Shown: positions 19,312 through 29,364, numbered from the stretch's first letter. The stretch is 64,000 nucleotides of DNA from Bacteroidia bacterium (GCA_038317095.1 JBBQBB010000001.1:64011-128010); one strand, 5' to 3'. Program-made: numbers and translations. The notes: generated by a model not told the origin, from the sequence alone.

Positions 19312-19635
19312 TTATTCAGCATCATTTTCTGGATCTCTGTCAGAATCGGTGTTCTCTTCCTCTTCTTCTTCCGCTTCCAATTCGTCGTCTTTCTGAGATG
19401 GCTTTACCAATTCATCCATCTGAGCTTCAGTGAGGATTTCTTTTGGTTTGGCCATTACTTTCACAAGATAAATCATATCGTCTGTTTCTATACGAACTGC
19501 AGTTACGATTTCACCTTTTGCATTGGGAAAACGAATTGTTTTACCGGCAATCCCTGCTGGGTAGGTTTCTTCATACACCGCCATCAATTCGTCGGAAAGT
19601 TTGGCGAAGTCAATAAAAACTTTCTTTTTATCCAT
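19312..19635 (-). CDS. Hypothetical protein with strongly acidic tail
   Basis: 107 aa ORF tightly packed between the MscS and apaG genes. The C-terminus is DDELEAEEEEEENTDSDRDPENDAE. No family was recognised. Confidence 0.65.
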   Translation of the reverse strand: MDKKKVFIDFAKLSDELMAVYEETYPAGIAGKTIRFPNAKGEIVTAVRIETDDMIYLVKVMAKPKEILTEAQMDELVKPSQKDDELEAEEEEEENTDSDRDPENDAE

Positions 19636-19695
19636 GGTTCATTTTGAGGGTGCTAAATTATGTTTTTTCGTTAAAAGAACAATTTAAAATAAAAA

Positions 19696-20496
19696 TTATT
19701 TGACTCTTTTATTTTCATCCATCAATTCCAACACGGCTCGCCACAACTTTTGTTTGATTCTTTTTTCATCTTCACGCGCATATTTAGACAACCCAAACCG
19801 AAAACGGTAATGGACCATGTCTTTTTTCATTTCTACAATTCTAAGCTCCGGAGTACCTTCTTTCACAATTCCAGTTTCTCCATTCACAATATTAAACAAT
19901 GCCTTTTCCAGTAAAGATGCTTCAATAGACTGGCCCGTTCTTATCTCAAAATCAATACCCATATTGTGCCTGGGATTTCTAGACAAATTTGTAATGGTAC
20001 TATTGATAAACGTATTATTGGGAATAATTACCAAATTTTCTTCATCATTTTTTAAATTGACATTCAGCAATGATATATCTTGAATATGGCCTTTCTCCTC
20101 TCCCACTTGCACATAATCACCAATATGCAAATTGTCACCAAACATAATTATCATGCCGTTTAAACCGTTTACTATATAATCTCTAAAAATAATGGCCAAT
20201 GCTGCGGCAATAATTGTTATGCTTGTAAAAAATTCGCGCAGGGTAATGCCCAATAAGTGTAAAATAAAAAAAAACAACCAAATACCGGCCAATATGGTGG
20301 CCACATTGTTGATTCCCGTAATAAAATTGTCTCTTTTTTTTATATTTTTTCTGCGTTTATAAATTTTAACGGTTATGACTCTAACAAGTCCAACAGCTGC
20401 TATAATTACAAAAAACACCCTGTAATCTTTTACCATTGGCGCCAGTTGTTTCCACAATTCCATGCTGCAAATTACGCATGTTGTGATTTGTTTCAA
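19696..20496 (-). CDS. Mechanosensitive ion channel (MscS) family protein
   Basis: TM helices followed by GDYVQVGEEKGHIQDISLLNVNLKNDEENLVIIPNNTFINSTITN. The start (TTG 20496 or ATG 20463) is uncertain. Confidence 0.85.
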   Translation of the reverse strand: MKQITTCVICSMELWKQLAPMVKDYRVFFVIIAAVGLVRVITVKIYKRRKNIKKRDNFITGINNVATILAGIWLFFFILHLLGITLREFFTSITIIAAALAIIFRDYIVNGLNGMIIMFGDNLHIGDYVQVGEEKGHIQDISLLNVNLKNDEENLVIIPNNTFINSTITNLSRNPRHNMGIDFEIRTGQSIEASLLEKALFNIVNGETGIVKEGTPELRIVEMKKDMVHYRFRFGLSKYAREDEKRIKQKLWRAVLELMDENKRVK

Positions 20497-20537
20497 AACA
20501 TTTGTGGGTATAAAAGAAAGGATGGACTTTTGCAGGT

Positions 20538-21185
20538 GTGAACGAAGTGCCTTTGGTTTTTGCTGAAATTGAATTTATGGCCTCTTCCTTGAAAACTTTA
20601 TACCATGCTGCCAGTAAAACGGTATTTATTTCAGACTGCCACTTTGGGAAAGCCACACATTTTAGAAACAACCACATACCCATACCTCCTGGAGCTGCAT
20701 TGCCAGATTACAAAAATCTGATTTCGGTTATCCATCATTACCAGCCCACAACTTGTATTTTTTTAGGAGATTTATTCCACAGCACCTATAACGCAGAATG
20801 GGAATTGGTGACAGAATTGTTTAGACATTTTAACAAAACCAATTTCATTTTGGTCATTGGCAATCATGATATCCTAAATATTCAGCGTTATAAAGATGCT
20901 GGAATTGCAGTTTCGTCTTCTATCTTATTCGAAAATAAAATTTTATTAAGCCATGAACCTGTTAAAGATACAAATAAACCAAACCTATATGGACACATTC
21001 ACCCCGGTTATATTATTCATGGCAAAGCTAGGCAAATCGCCTCATTGCCTTGTTTTTATATGCACAAAAATCAATTAATTATGCCTGCATTTGGCACTTT
21101 AACTGGCCATGTAAATATGAAAAGATTGATGCCCGGTGGCAAGGCACTATGCCTTGCAGGCGAAGAACTTATGTGGATTGAATAA
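20538..21185 (+). CDS. pdeM: Ligase-associated DNA damage response endonuclease PdeM-like metallophosphoesterase
   Basis: VFISDCHFGKATHFR, FLGDLFHS, VIGNHD and GHIHP motifs in the PdeM order. Confidence 0.8.
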   Translation: MNEVPLVFAEIEFMASSLKTLYHAASKTVFISDCHFGKATHFRNNHIPIPPGAALPDYKNLISVIHHYQPTTCIFLGDLFHSTYNAEWELVTELFRHFNKTNFILVIGNHDILNIQRYKDAGIAVSSSILFENKILLSHEPVKDTNKPNLYGHIHPGYIIHGKARQIASLPCFYMHKNQLIMPAFGTLTGHVNMKRLMPGGKALCLAGEELMWIE

Positions 21186-22047
21186 CAATATATGGATAAT
21201 AAATGTATTGAAATGAATACACAAGAAAAGTTTTACACCCTTTGTATTTCGATACATATTCTATTGGTAATTTTTGAGAATTGTATAAAAAACTATAGGA
21301 TGTGTTTTCTATCTCGTCATAATGACTTGCAGATGCATAACCACAAAGGCGGGTATAACTCGAATTGCTTGGCTGATTATAACTTTCGCCCGAGGTGAAA
21401 TATTTTTGGGTAAGGATTTTATTGCCTTTTTTAAAATGCCTAACGGAAAGTTTTGATTCTTCAACATAATTCTTTGTACCATTTTTCATCCAATAAAAAC
21501 CGTAGTTGTAGTTTGATACAGAGCTGGTAAATAGTGCAGCAGTGTCATAATTGGTTTTGAATTTTTTATGTCTGTATCTATTCTTACGAAATATAATCCC
21601 TAAAATATACTTTCCTGGTTTTTTTGCATATTTCAAATTCTTAAATCTCAACTTTCCATATTTTCCAAGGCTATTGTAGTAGTGGTTTTGCTCATTAATT
21701 AATGCGCCATTTTTTTGAACAATATTCGTTTCTTTTGTATAATAAATAGGGGTATCAGCGCTTTTGTAACTTAAAGTTTGAAAACGAGTAGTACCTATTC
21801 TTTCCAATGTATTGCCTTTCCAGAACTTGGTTATTTTAACCCTCTCTTTTTCTGAATTGTAATAGGTGCTGTCTTCTATGAAATAATAAAATCCTTGAAC
21901 GCCAGTTTTAGTGGTATTGTTAATTGTATCAAACTCTGCTGCCCATTTCGAATTCTGCGCAGCATCCCTGGCCTCTAAGCGCCTCACTTTGTTCCGAATA
22001 AATATGGCCGTGTCTTTTACTTGGAAAATATTATTGTATAACGGCAC
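21169..22047 (-). CDS. Hypothetical Tyr/Asn/Lys-rich protein, with a 5' end apparently frameshifted (see finding)
   Basis: 292 aa ORF. The same frame stays open upstream and encodes a signal-peptide-like KSFRFSLVIILCFDSRNSKAQ, but the matching ATG (22211) is in another frame. Confidence 0.6.
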   Translation of the reverse strand: MPLYNNIFQVKDTAIFIRNKVRRLEARDAAQNSKWAAEFDTINNTTKTGVQGFYYFIEDSTYYNSEKERVKITKFWKGNTLERIGTTRFQTLSYKSADTPIYYTKETNIVQKNGALINEQNHYYNSLGKYGKLRFKNLKYAKKPGKYILGIIFRKNRYRHKKFKTNYDTAALFTSSVSNYNYGFYWMKNGTKNYVEESKLSVRHFKKGNKILTQKYFTSGESYNQPSNSSYTRLCGYASASHYDEIENTSYSFLYNSQKLPIEYVSKYKGCKTFLVYSFQYIYYPYIVIQST

Positions 22048-22310
22048 ACCGTACCTGTCGCTAAAAACCGCAGAAGAATCATAACTGGCAACACCCGCAT
22101 CATACTTTTCAATAACAAGTTGGGCCTTGGAATTGCGAGAATCAAAACATAAAATGATGACAAGAGAAAATCTAAATGATTTTAAAAACAGTTGTTTGTA
22201 CGTGCTTTCATTGTTTTTTAATACAGCAAATCAATAAATGGTAAATGTTAAATTTTTAATGGCGAGACAGTCAATCCAAATTTGGAACTATCTAAAAAAA
22301 ACAAACAATT

Positions 22311-24173
22311 CTACCCGTTCATACTCACCAAAAACTCGGTATTGTCTTTGGTGTTTTGCATATACTTTAGGAAGGTATTCATCGCTTCTTCTGGATTCAT
22401 GTCTGACAAGTGATTTCTTAAAACCCACATGCGCTGCAGTGCCACTTTGTCAATCAACAAATCTTCGCGGCGGGTGCTGGAACCTAGAATATCGATGGCA
22501 GGGTAAATCCGTTTGTTAGACAATTTGCGATCCAACTGCAATTCCATATTGCCGGTACCTTTAAATTCTTCAAAAATCACTTCATCCATTTTGCTGCCTG
22601 TATCTGTTAATGCGGTAGCAATGATGGTCAATGAGCCACCCCCTTCAATATTTCGGGCTGCACCAAAGAAACGTTTGGGTTTGTGCAATGCATTGGCATC
22701 CACACCACCTGAAAGGATTTTACCGCTGGCGGGTTGCACTGTGTTGTAGGCACGCGCCAAACGGGTAATCGAATCAAGTAAAATTACCACATCGTGGCCA
22801 CACTCCACCAATCTTTTGGCTTTTTCCAAAACCATATTGCTTAGTTTTACGTGTTTGTCAGCTGGCTCATCAAAGGTTGAAGCAATCACCTCTGCCCTCA
22901 CGTTTCTTGCCATATCGGTAACCTCTTCTGGTCTTTCATCAATAAGCAAAATCATCATATAAACCTCTGGATGGTTTTTGGCAATTGCATTTGCAATGCC
23001 TTGTAACAACCATGTTTTACCTGTTTTGGGTTGGGATACTATCAATCCGCGCTGTCCTTTTCCTATTGGCGCAATCAAATCGATGATTCTGTTGCTGTAA
23101 TGCCTAGGGTCGTCGCAAAGGTTTAATTTTTCATCTGGAAACAAAGGCGTCAAGTGTTCAAAGCTTACCCTGTCGCGCACTTGTTCTAGGGTTCTGCCGT
23201 TTACAGACTCAATTTTAACCATACAAAAATACTTTTCATTGTCCTTTGGTGGACGTATGCTTCCTCTTACTGTATCGCCCGTTTTTAGTCCGTTTTGTTT
23301 GATCATAAAACCCGGTACATACACGTCATCTGGCGATGCAACATAATTATAGTCTGGACTGCGCAAAAAACCATACCCATCTGGCACTGTTTCCAATACA
23401 CCTTGGGTAACTACCACACCTTCCATTTCGAAAATGGGGGCTATTTTTTCCCTGCGAATTTGGTTCTCATTCGACTGGGCGTTTTGCGGCAATTGGTTCT
23501 CTTTGTCGTTTTGGTTTTCGTTGGTTTTAACTTCTGTATTTACCAGATTCTCATTTCCTTGGTTATTGGATTCATTGGAAGGGGAATCATTTTCTGGCAA
23601 AGGTGGCAGTAAAGCATCAAAATCGAGTTGTTGATTTATAGGCGGGGTTTGGGGTTGATTTTCCCGCTTTTTATGAAATTGCTTTTGTGGATGTTGTTTG
23701 CGAGGTTCTATTGGACGTTTCTCTTGTTTAACTTCAACATTTTCTTTAGCCTGAATTTCCGCAACTGGAATTTCTACAACGGGAATTTCCGCCACTGGAA
23801 TTTCTACAACGGGGATAATTTCTAAACTCTCAACCACTGGGTTTTCCAACTTTTCAACTGTTGGTTTATCCTGCTTTTTAATTGGCGGATTATAGGAAGG
23901 TGTAACTTTCTCTACTTTTTGCACAGTTTCTTCTACAGGCTTTCTCAATCGGCTTTTTTTAGACGTATTTTCCAAATTGGCAATTGGGGCATCCAAAGGA
24001 TTTGCTTCCACCTTAGTGGGTTTGGATTCCGCTTTTGCCGCATCCAAACTGCCATTGATAGCAACAATGAGTTCTGCTTTTTTCAGCTTGCCAGCGTTGT
24101 CAATTTGTAAAGTTTGAGCCAGTTCCTTCAAATCAGGAATTGCCATTTTGCTCAGGTCAGGTTTGTCTGCCAT
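22311..24173 (-). CDS. rho: Transcription termination factor Rho with large N-terminal insertion
   Basis: Rho_N ([13 protein letters not shown]...), a roughly 200-aa low-complexity insert, then the RNA-binding and ATPase core ([15 protein letters not shown], ...[13 protein letters not shown]...). Confidence 0.95.
   Translation of the reverse strand: MADKPDLSKMAIPDLKELAQTLQIDNAGKLKKAELIVAINGSLDAAKAESKPTKVEANPLDAPIANLENTSKKSRLRKPVEETVQKVEKVTPSYNPPIKKQDKPTVEKLENPVVESLEIIPVVEIPVAEIPVVEIPVAEIQAKENVEVKQEKRPIEPRKQHPQKQFHKKRENQPQTPPINQQLDFDALLPPLPENDSPSNESNNQGNENLVNTEVKTNENQNDKENQLPQNAQSNENQIRREKIAPIFEMEGVVVTQGVLETVPDGYGFLRSPDYNYVASPDDVYVPGFMIKQNGLKTGDTVRGSIRPPKDNEKYFCMVKIESVNGRTLEQVRDRVSFEHLTPLFPDEKLNLCDDPRHYSNRIIDLIAPIGKGQRGLIVSQPKTGKTWLLQGIANAIAKNHPEVYMMILLIDERPEEVTDMARNVRAEVIASTFDEPADKHVKLSNMVLEKAKRLVECGHDVVILLDSITRLARAYNTVQPASGKILSGGVDANALHKPKRFFGAARNIEGGGSLTIIATALTDTGSKMDEVIFEEFKGTGNMELQLDRKLSNKRIYPAIDILGSSTRREDLLIDKVALQRMWVLRNHLSDMNPEEAMNTFLKYMQNTKDNTEFLVSMNG
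23753..23812 (-). repeat. Two copies of a 30-bp tandem repeat (15-bp sub-repeat) inside rho, encoding [22 protein letters not shown]
   Basis: gaatttccgcaactggaatttctacaacgg / gaatttccgccactggaatttctacaacgg, with one mismatch. Confidence 0.85.
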
Positions 24174-24359
24174 GTTTTTCTTAAATCGTAAATTTTATGA
24201 ATCGGATACAGTAAATAATGTGGATTGGGATTGGACAAACACGAGATATGTTTGTTTATCGAATGCAATAATAGTTAGAAACTTTGATTTTACAAAAAAA
24301 ACTATTTGAACCCTGAATTTTAAAATCCTTTGGTTCCAAAATTAAGGTAGATTATTGGC

Positions 24360-25595
24360 TTAATCATCCAATTCACCGGCAATCACATTCATACTGCTCA
24401 TGGTAAGAATGGCATCGCTAAGCATAGAACCGACAACCATCTCTGGATAGGCTTGGTAATAAATAAAGCAGGGCCTGCGAAAATGCAAACGATATGGCGT
24501 TCTACCGCCGTCGCTTACCAAATAAAAACCCAATTCTCCATTTGCACCTTCTACGCTATGGTATACTTCACCGGCAGGAATTGGGGTTTCGCCCATCACA
24601 ATTTTGAAATGATATATTAATGCTTCCATGCTGCTGTATACTTCCGCCTTTGGCGGTAAATAAAAATCTGGCACATCTGCAAAATAATTCCCTGCTGGCA
24701 TATTGTCTAATGCTTGATGAATGATTCGCAAACTTTGGCGAATTTCTTCTTGGCGCACAATGAATCGATCATAAGTGTCGCCATCTTGACCCACCGGTAT
24801 GTCAAATTCAAAATCTTGGTAGCTGCAATATGGATTCATTACACGAACATCAAAATCCACACCCGCAGCGCGCAGGTTTGGACCGGTAAAACCATAACCC
24901 AATGCTTTTTCTGCAGTAATGGGTCCAGCTTTGATTACCCTATCCATAAAAATACGGTTTCGGGTAAGCAGGCGGTCAAATTCATCAAACTTAGCAGGAA
25001 ACTCTTTTAACCATGCTTTCAGTTTGGTTATAAAAGCCGGGCTAAAATCGCGTTCGAAACCGCCAATGCGTCCGATATTGGTAGTAAGCCTGGCTCCACA
25101 AACCTCTTCATACATTTCATAAATTTTCTCGCGTTCCTGAAACATGTATGTAAAACCCGTTAAAGCTCCTGTATCTACACCTATTACGGTATTGCAAACC
25201 AAATGATCTGCAATACGAGCCAATTCCATAATAATTACCCGCATGTAATCTACCCTTTTAGGCATTTCTGCACCTATGAGTTTTTCTACCGTCATAATCC
25301 AACCCAAGTTGTTGATGGGCGAACTGCAATAGTTAAGGCGGTCGGTTATGGTTGTAATTTGGTTAAAGGGTCTGCGTTCGGCTAATTTTTCAAATGCGCG
25401 GTGAATGTATCCAATGGTAGGTTCAGAACTTATGATTCTTTCTCCATCCACTTTCATCACATTTTGAAAAATGCCATGGGTAGCAGGGTGCGTTGGCCCT
25501 AGATTTAGTGTTGCTATTTCACCGTCTATGGTTTCGTTCGACATGCCCACATAAGGCGTCATTGGCACTGCAGATTTTACTTCAATTTCACTCAT
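24360..25595 (-). CDS. nuoD: NADH-quinone oxidoreductase subunit D
   Basis: Full-length NuoD pattern (LNLGPTHPATHGIF..., ...RRPCFIYYQAYPEMV...IAGELDD). Confidence 0.95.
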   Translation of the reverse strand: MSEIEVKSAVPMTPYVGMSNETIDGEIATLNLGPTHPATHGIFQNVMKVDGERIISSEPTIGYIHRAFEKLAERRPFNQITTITDRLNYCSSPINNLGWIMTVEKLIGAEMPKRVDYMRVIIMELARIADHLVCNTVIGVDTGALTGFTYMFQEREKIYEMYEEVCGARLTTNIGRIGGFERDFSPAFITKLKAWLKEFPAKFDEFDRLLTRNRIFMDRVIKAGPITAEKALGYGFTGPNLRAAGVDFDVRVMNPYCSYQDFEFDIPVGQDGDTYDRFIVRQEEIRQSLRIIHQALDNMPAGNYFADVPDFYLPPKAEVYSSMEALIYHFKIVMGETPIPAGEVYHSVEGANGELGFYLVSDGGRTPYRLHFRRPCFIYYQAYPEMVVGSMLSDAILTMSSMNVIAGELDD

Positions 25596-26098
25596 CTTCC
25601 AAAAAATTTATCTGATTTATCCGTACGCGTTTCGTCTTCCAAAGCATACTCCTTGCGCATTGGATGGTAATCCATGCTGTCCATATTTAATATTCGGCGC
25701 AAATCTGGGTGACCTTGAAATTGAATGCCGTAAAAGTCGAAAGTTTCTCTTTCCATCCAGTTTGCAGCGTCAAAAACCGACGTCAAAGTGGGGCAAGTGG
25801 GATCTTCAATGCTAAAAAACGTTTTTAGACGCAACCGAATGTTGTTTTCCAAACTATGCAGATGGTATACAACGCCCAATTCTTTGCCTTTGTTATCCGG
25901 ATAATGGATACCACACAAATCGGTTAGAAATTGCATTTTCAGGTTTTCATCAGATTTGAGATTCGAAATAATGTCTACAATCTCATTGCGGTTCACTTCA
26001 ATGCACAACATGCCAAAAGTATCCTCTTGGTTTAAGATTTTTTCGCCCAAGCTTTGGGACAAATGCGCTAGCAATTCTGTATTGTTAAGATATGCCAT
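25592..26098 (-). CDS. nuoC: NADH-quinone oxidoreductase subunit C
   Basis: ANWMERETFDFYGIQFQGHPDLRRIL motif. Overlaps nuoD by 4 nt. Confidence 0.95.
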   Translation of the reverse strand: MAYLNNTELLAHLSQSLGEKILNQEDTFGMLCIEVNRNEIVDIISNLKSDENLKMQFLTDLCGIHYPDNKGKELGVVYHLHSLENNIRLRLKTFFSIEDPTCPTLTSVFDAANWMERETFDFYGIQFQGHPDLRRILNMDSMDYHPMRKEYALEDETRTDKSDKFFGR

Positions 26099-26101
26099 TG
26101 C

Positions 26102-26644
26102 TTATAAGGTTTCAATATGGTAGCTTTCCAACATTTTCTTGTATTCATCGCTGTTGCGGCGGCGTAAACTTTCGTTTTGAACCAATTCTTGTATTTTAAT
26201 CAAGCCATCAATAATTTGCTCCGGGCGCGGTGGGCAACCTGGCACGTAAACATCAACTGGAATGATGGTATCGATACCCTGCAAAACGCTGTAAGTATCA
26301 AAAATACCACCACTGCATGCACATGCTCCCACACTCATCACCCATTTGGGTTCAGCCATTTGGTCGTACACTTGTTTTAGTACTGGTCCCATTTTTTTGG
26401 CAATCGTTCCCATCACCATCAACAAATCTGCTTGACGGGGAGAGAAAGAAAGTCTTTCACTGCCAAAACGGGCCAAATCATAATTGGCTCCCATTGTAGC
26501 CATAAATTCAATGCCGCAGCAAGAGGTGGCAAAAGGAAGGGGCCAAAGAGAATAAGATCTTGCAAGACCGATTGCGCTGTCTAGCTTTGTTGCGAAGAAA
26601 CCTTGTCCTTCAAAGCCTTCTGGTTGTTCAGCTATATTTACCAT
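26102..26644 (-). CDS. nuoB: NADH-quinone oxidoreductase subunit B
   Basis: CCGIEFMA, GACACSGG and VPGCPPRPE Fe-S ligand motifs. Confidence 0.95.
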   Translation of the reverse strand: MVNIAEQPEGFEGQGFFATKLDSAIGLARSYSLWPLPFATSCCGIEFMATMGANYDLARFGSERLSFSPRQADLLMVMGTIAKKMGPVLKQVYDQMAEPKWVMSVGACACSGGIFDTYSVLQGIDTIIPVDVYVPGCPPRPEQIIDGLIKIQELVQNESLRRRNSDEYKKMLESYHIETL

Positions 26645-26681
26645 TTAACGAGTTATAAGTTGTGGGTTGTAAGTTTGCTTG

Positions 26682-27047
26682 TTAACGTTCCCATTCGAGG
26701 CCGCCCTTTTTCCAAACGTAGAGGAATCCTGCTAGAAATAGTCCTACAAATATGAGAACCGCAGCGAATCCTTCGCCACCCATTTCTCTAATATTTACCG
26801 CATACGGATAAAAAAAAATTACTTCCACATCAAACAATACAAACAAAATTGCCGTAAGAAAATATTTTACCGATACTGGAAAACGGGCATTGCCTTGGCT
26901 TTCAATGCCACATTCAAATACTTCATCTTTTTGTTTGGTTTTGCGGTTAGGACCCAAAAGTGGCGATATGCCAAATACCAATGCGACAAAGCCAACGGCC
27001 ACGCCAATTTGAATTAAAATGGGAATATAACTGGAAGAATTGCTCAT
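26682..27047 (-). CDS. nuoA: NADH-quinone oxidoreductase subunit A
   Basis: Three TM helices and the FECG...YFLTAILFVLFDVEVIFFYP motif. A TACATTTG box lies 11 nt upstream. Confidence 0.95.
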   Translation of the reverse strand: MSNSSSYIPILIQIGVAVGFVALVFGISPLLGPNRKTKQKDEVFECGIESQGNARFPVSVKYFLTAILFVLFDVEVIFFYPYAVNIREMGGEGFAAVLIFVGLFLAGFLYVWKKGGLEWER

Positions 27048-27170
27048 AGATTGCCCTGCAAATGTAATGCACGAACCTGAATTTGAATTGCAAAAAATAG
27101 CGTTGTTTCACTCTTTTTTTCATTACTGTGACATTTGATTGAATTCAATTCTTAAATTTGCCCTATAAAT

Positions 27171-27968
27171 ATGAAGAAAAAAATACTTTTAATGGGCTCA
27201 GCCCTTTTGATTTTTGTATTGGCTACGGCAAACAAAAACGGCCCTGGTGGCGATTATACAGGTGCTCCTTTGCTCAATGGCAATGCTGGGGCTACATGCG
27301 CTACAACCAACTGTCACGCAGATGGAAGCAATAGAAATGGCTCATTGAACGTTGCCGTTACGGAAAAAGGGAAATTCACACCTGTAACCAAATACAAATC
27401 GGGCACCACATACACAGTTGCAGTAGCTGTTTCAGGTACATTTGGCTCTAAATATGGCTTTTCAGCCACTGTATTAGACCCATCACGCGCGAAAACGGGT
27501 GTAACTGATGGTGCTGCCAGTGGCACCAAAATTATGAGTTTAAACTCTAGGAGCATAGCAATGCAAAGCGCCCCGTCCTTATTGGGAATTTTTAGTTTCG
27601 ATTGGACTCCAGGCAGCACGCCAGACAGTGTTACCATTTATGCCGCTGGAAACGCAGCGGATGGCTTAGATAACAGCACAGGCGACCAAATTCTTACCAC
27701 CAAAAAAATATTGTATTTCGACAAAACCAGCGCTGTTTCTCACACAGATATATCTAGTGCTTTTGCTGTGTATCCAAATCCAACGGCCAATTTCATTCAC
27801 TTTTCAAAAAAGATGGACTTTGCAGAAATCTTGGACATACAGGGTAAAATTGTACTAACAGCAAACCAAGCAATAAGTTTGGATTGCTCAAACTTGGCAA
27901 AAGGCATTTATTTTGTTCGCATGCAAAACGGAGAAAATACAAGCATAGAAAAATTGGTAAAAGAATAA
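27171..27968 (+). CDS. Secreted T9SS cargo protein with Reeler-like N-terminal domain
   Basis: Signal peptide, then TGAP...GATCATTNCHADG motif. T9SS CTD YPNPTANFIHFS...GIYFVRMQNGENTSIEKLVKE. A TAAATTTG box lies 10 nt upstream. Confidence 0.8.
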   Translation: MKKKILLMGSALLIFVLATANKNGPGGDYTGAPLLNGNAGATCATTNCHADGSNRNGSLNVAVTEKGKFTPVTKYKSGTTYTVAVAVSGTFGSKYGFSATVLDPSRAKTGVTDGAASGTKIMSLNSRSIAMQSAPSLLGIFSFDWTPGSTPDSVTIYAAGNAADGLDNSTGDQILTTKKILYFDKTSAVSHTDISSAFAVYPNPTANFIHFSKKMDFAEILDIQGKIVLTANQAISLDCSNLAKGIYFVRMQNGENTSIEKLVKE

Positions 27969-27995
27969 CGCAAAAAATATTTTCTTTGAAAAAAA

Positions 27996-28031
27996 GTCAA
28001 AAATTGAAAAAATCTTTTTGGCTTTTTTTTT
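27996..28031 (+). terminator. AU-rich hairpin plus T9 terminator
   Basis: gtcaaaaa-(11 nt)-tttttggc followed by ttttttttt. Confidence 0.5.
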
Positions 28032-28353
28032 GCAGTAGAAATTGCCAATATATATGTATAATTACTATAAATAAAATGAATAAAATATAAATACTTTAAG
28101 GAGCTACATTAATAAGAAGATCACCCCAAGAACAAGTTCGGTAACTTTATTTCTATAGCTCTAGCGTTTAACCCAAAACCGCATGCGTGGCGGTAGAAAT
28201 CTAAATGCTGGTTTGCAAGTTTTTTACCTTAAAGGCTTGGCTTTTGGGGTACCTTTTGGTCCGCCGCGGCGCAATGCAAAAAGGTACAAACAAGTATTTT
28301 CAAAAAACCCTATTTTGCCCCAATGTTAGGATGAATTTATTCTCTACTTTGCA

Positions 28354-29364
28354 CTATTTCCTCGCATTCAATGCCCTATGAAAAGCCCTGGCATTGTCCA
28401 GATGTGCTTCCCATGTTTCGGCAAAATTGTGGTATCCAGAAAAATCGGCCTTTGCACAAAAATACAAATAGGTATGTTGACCATAATTTAAAACGGCATC
28501 GTAAGCTGCAACATTGGGAATGCAAATGGGTCCAGGTGGCAATCCTTTGTGCAGGTAGGTATTGTATGGCGATTCTATTTTCAAATCAGTACCCAAAACC
28601 CTACCGTTGTGTTTTCTTGCAAAAACCACGGTTGGGTCGGCTTGCAAAAGCATGTTTTTTCTCAATCGGTTTATGTAAACACCCGCAATATTTTCATATT
28701 CGTCCGTTTTATTGCTTTCTTTATTTACAATACTTGCAATGATAGCCACCTGTTCTCGGTCCAGTCCTTGTTCCAATGCCTTTTGTTTTCTGCTTTTAGA
28801 CCAGAATTTTTCTTTTTCGGATTGCATTCTTTTTAGAAACACTTCCAAATTGTCTGAAACATAAAAATTGTATGTATTGGGAATGAAAAACGCTGGCCAA
28901 TTCTTGTCATTAAAACCCAGTGAATCCGTACCATTCGATTTTGTTAACATTCCAAACAAAGTATCAGCCGTTACTTCCATATTGGCAGCAACCGCCTCGG
29001 CCAAAGTGCGGGCATCCCAACTCCCTTTTATCACCAAGTTGCGGGTTTGTTTGCGGTTTTCCTTTAAATTTTTTACAATATCATACAAACTGCTTTTGGC
29101 AGGAATTTGAATAAAACAGGCCTTAACCTTTTCGTAACCCAACCGATTTGCCCAAACCACAATGTCCTGTTGCTCTTCTTTGCTCAAAAAAATAACTTTA
29201 CCCAATTCTTGGGCCATTTTTTCCATACTCCAACCCTGCCTTACCCTAAGTTTCACCTCCTTATTGGCGTGGTTGAGGTTTGAAAACAATACAAACCCAA
29301 AATATCCAGCCGCAATAGAAAAAACGACCAAAACAACAAGACCTACCCAAAGGATTTTCTTCAT
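28354..29364 (-). CDS. mltG: Endolytic murein transglycosylase MltG (YceG-like)
   Basis: N-terminal TM helix. ASIVNKESNKTDE and SPYNTYLHKGLPPGPICIPN motifs. Confidence 0.9.
   Translation of the reverse strand: MKKILWVGLVVLVVFSIAAGYFGFVLFSNLNHANKEVKLRVRQGWSMEKMAQELGKVIFLSKEEQQDIVVWANRLGYEKVKACFIQIPAKSSLYDIVKNLKENRKQTRNLVIKGSWDARTLAEAVAANMEVTADTLFGMLTKSNGTDSLGFNDKNWPAFFIPNTYNFYVSDNLEVFLKRMQSEKEKFWSKSRKQKALEQGLDREQVAIIASIVNKESNKTDEYENIAGVYINRLRKNMLLQADPTVVFARKHNGRVLGTDLKIESPYNTYLHKGLPPGPICIPNVAAYDAVLNYGQHTYLYFCAKADFSGYHNFAETWEAHLDNARAFHRALNARK

Noticed and set aside
23753-23812. Tandem direct repeats that could be taken for a mini CRISPR or satellite.
   Set aside because: There are only two 30-bp units with no spacers. 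They lie in frame inside rho and encode the [10 protein letters not shown] peptide repeat.
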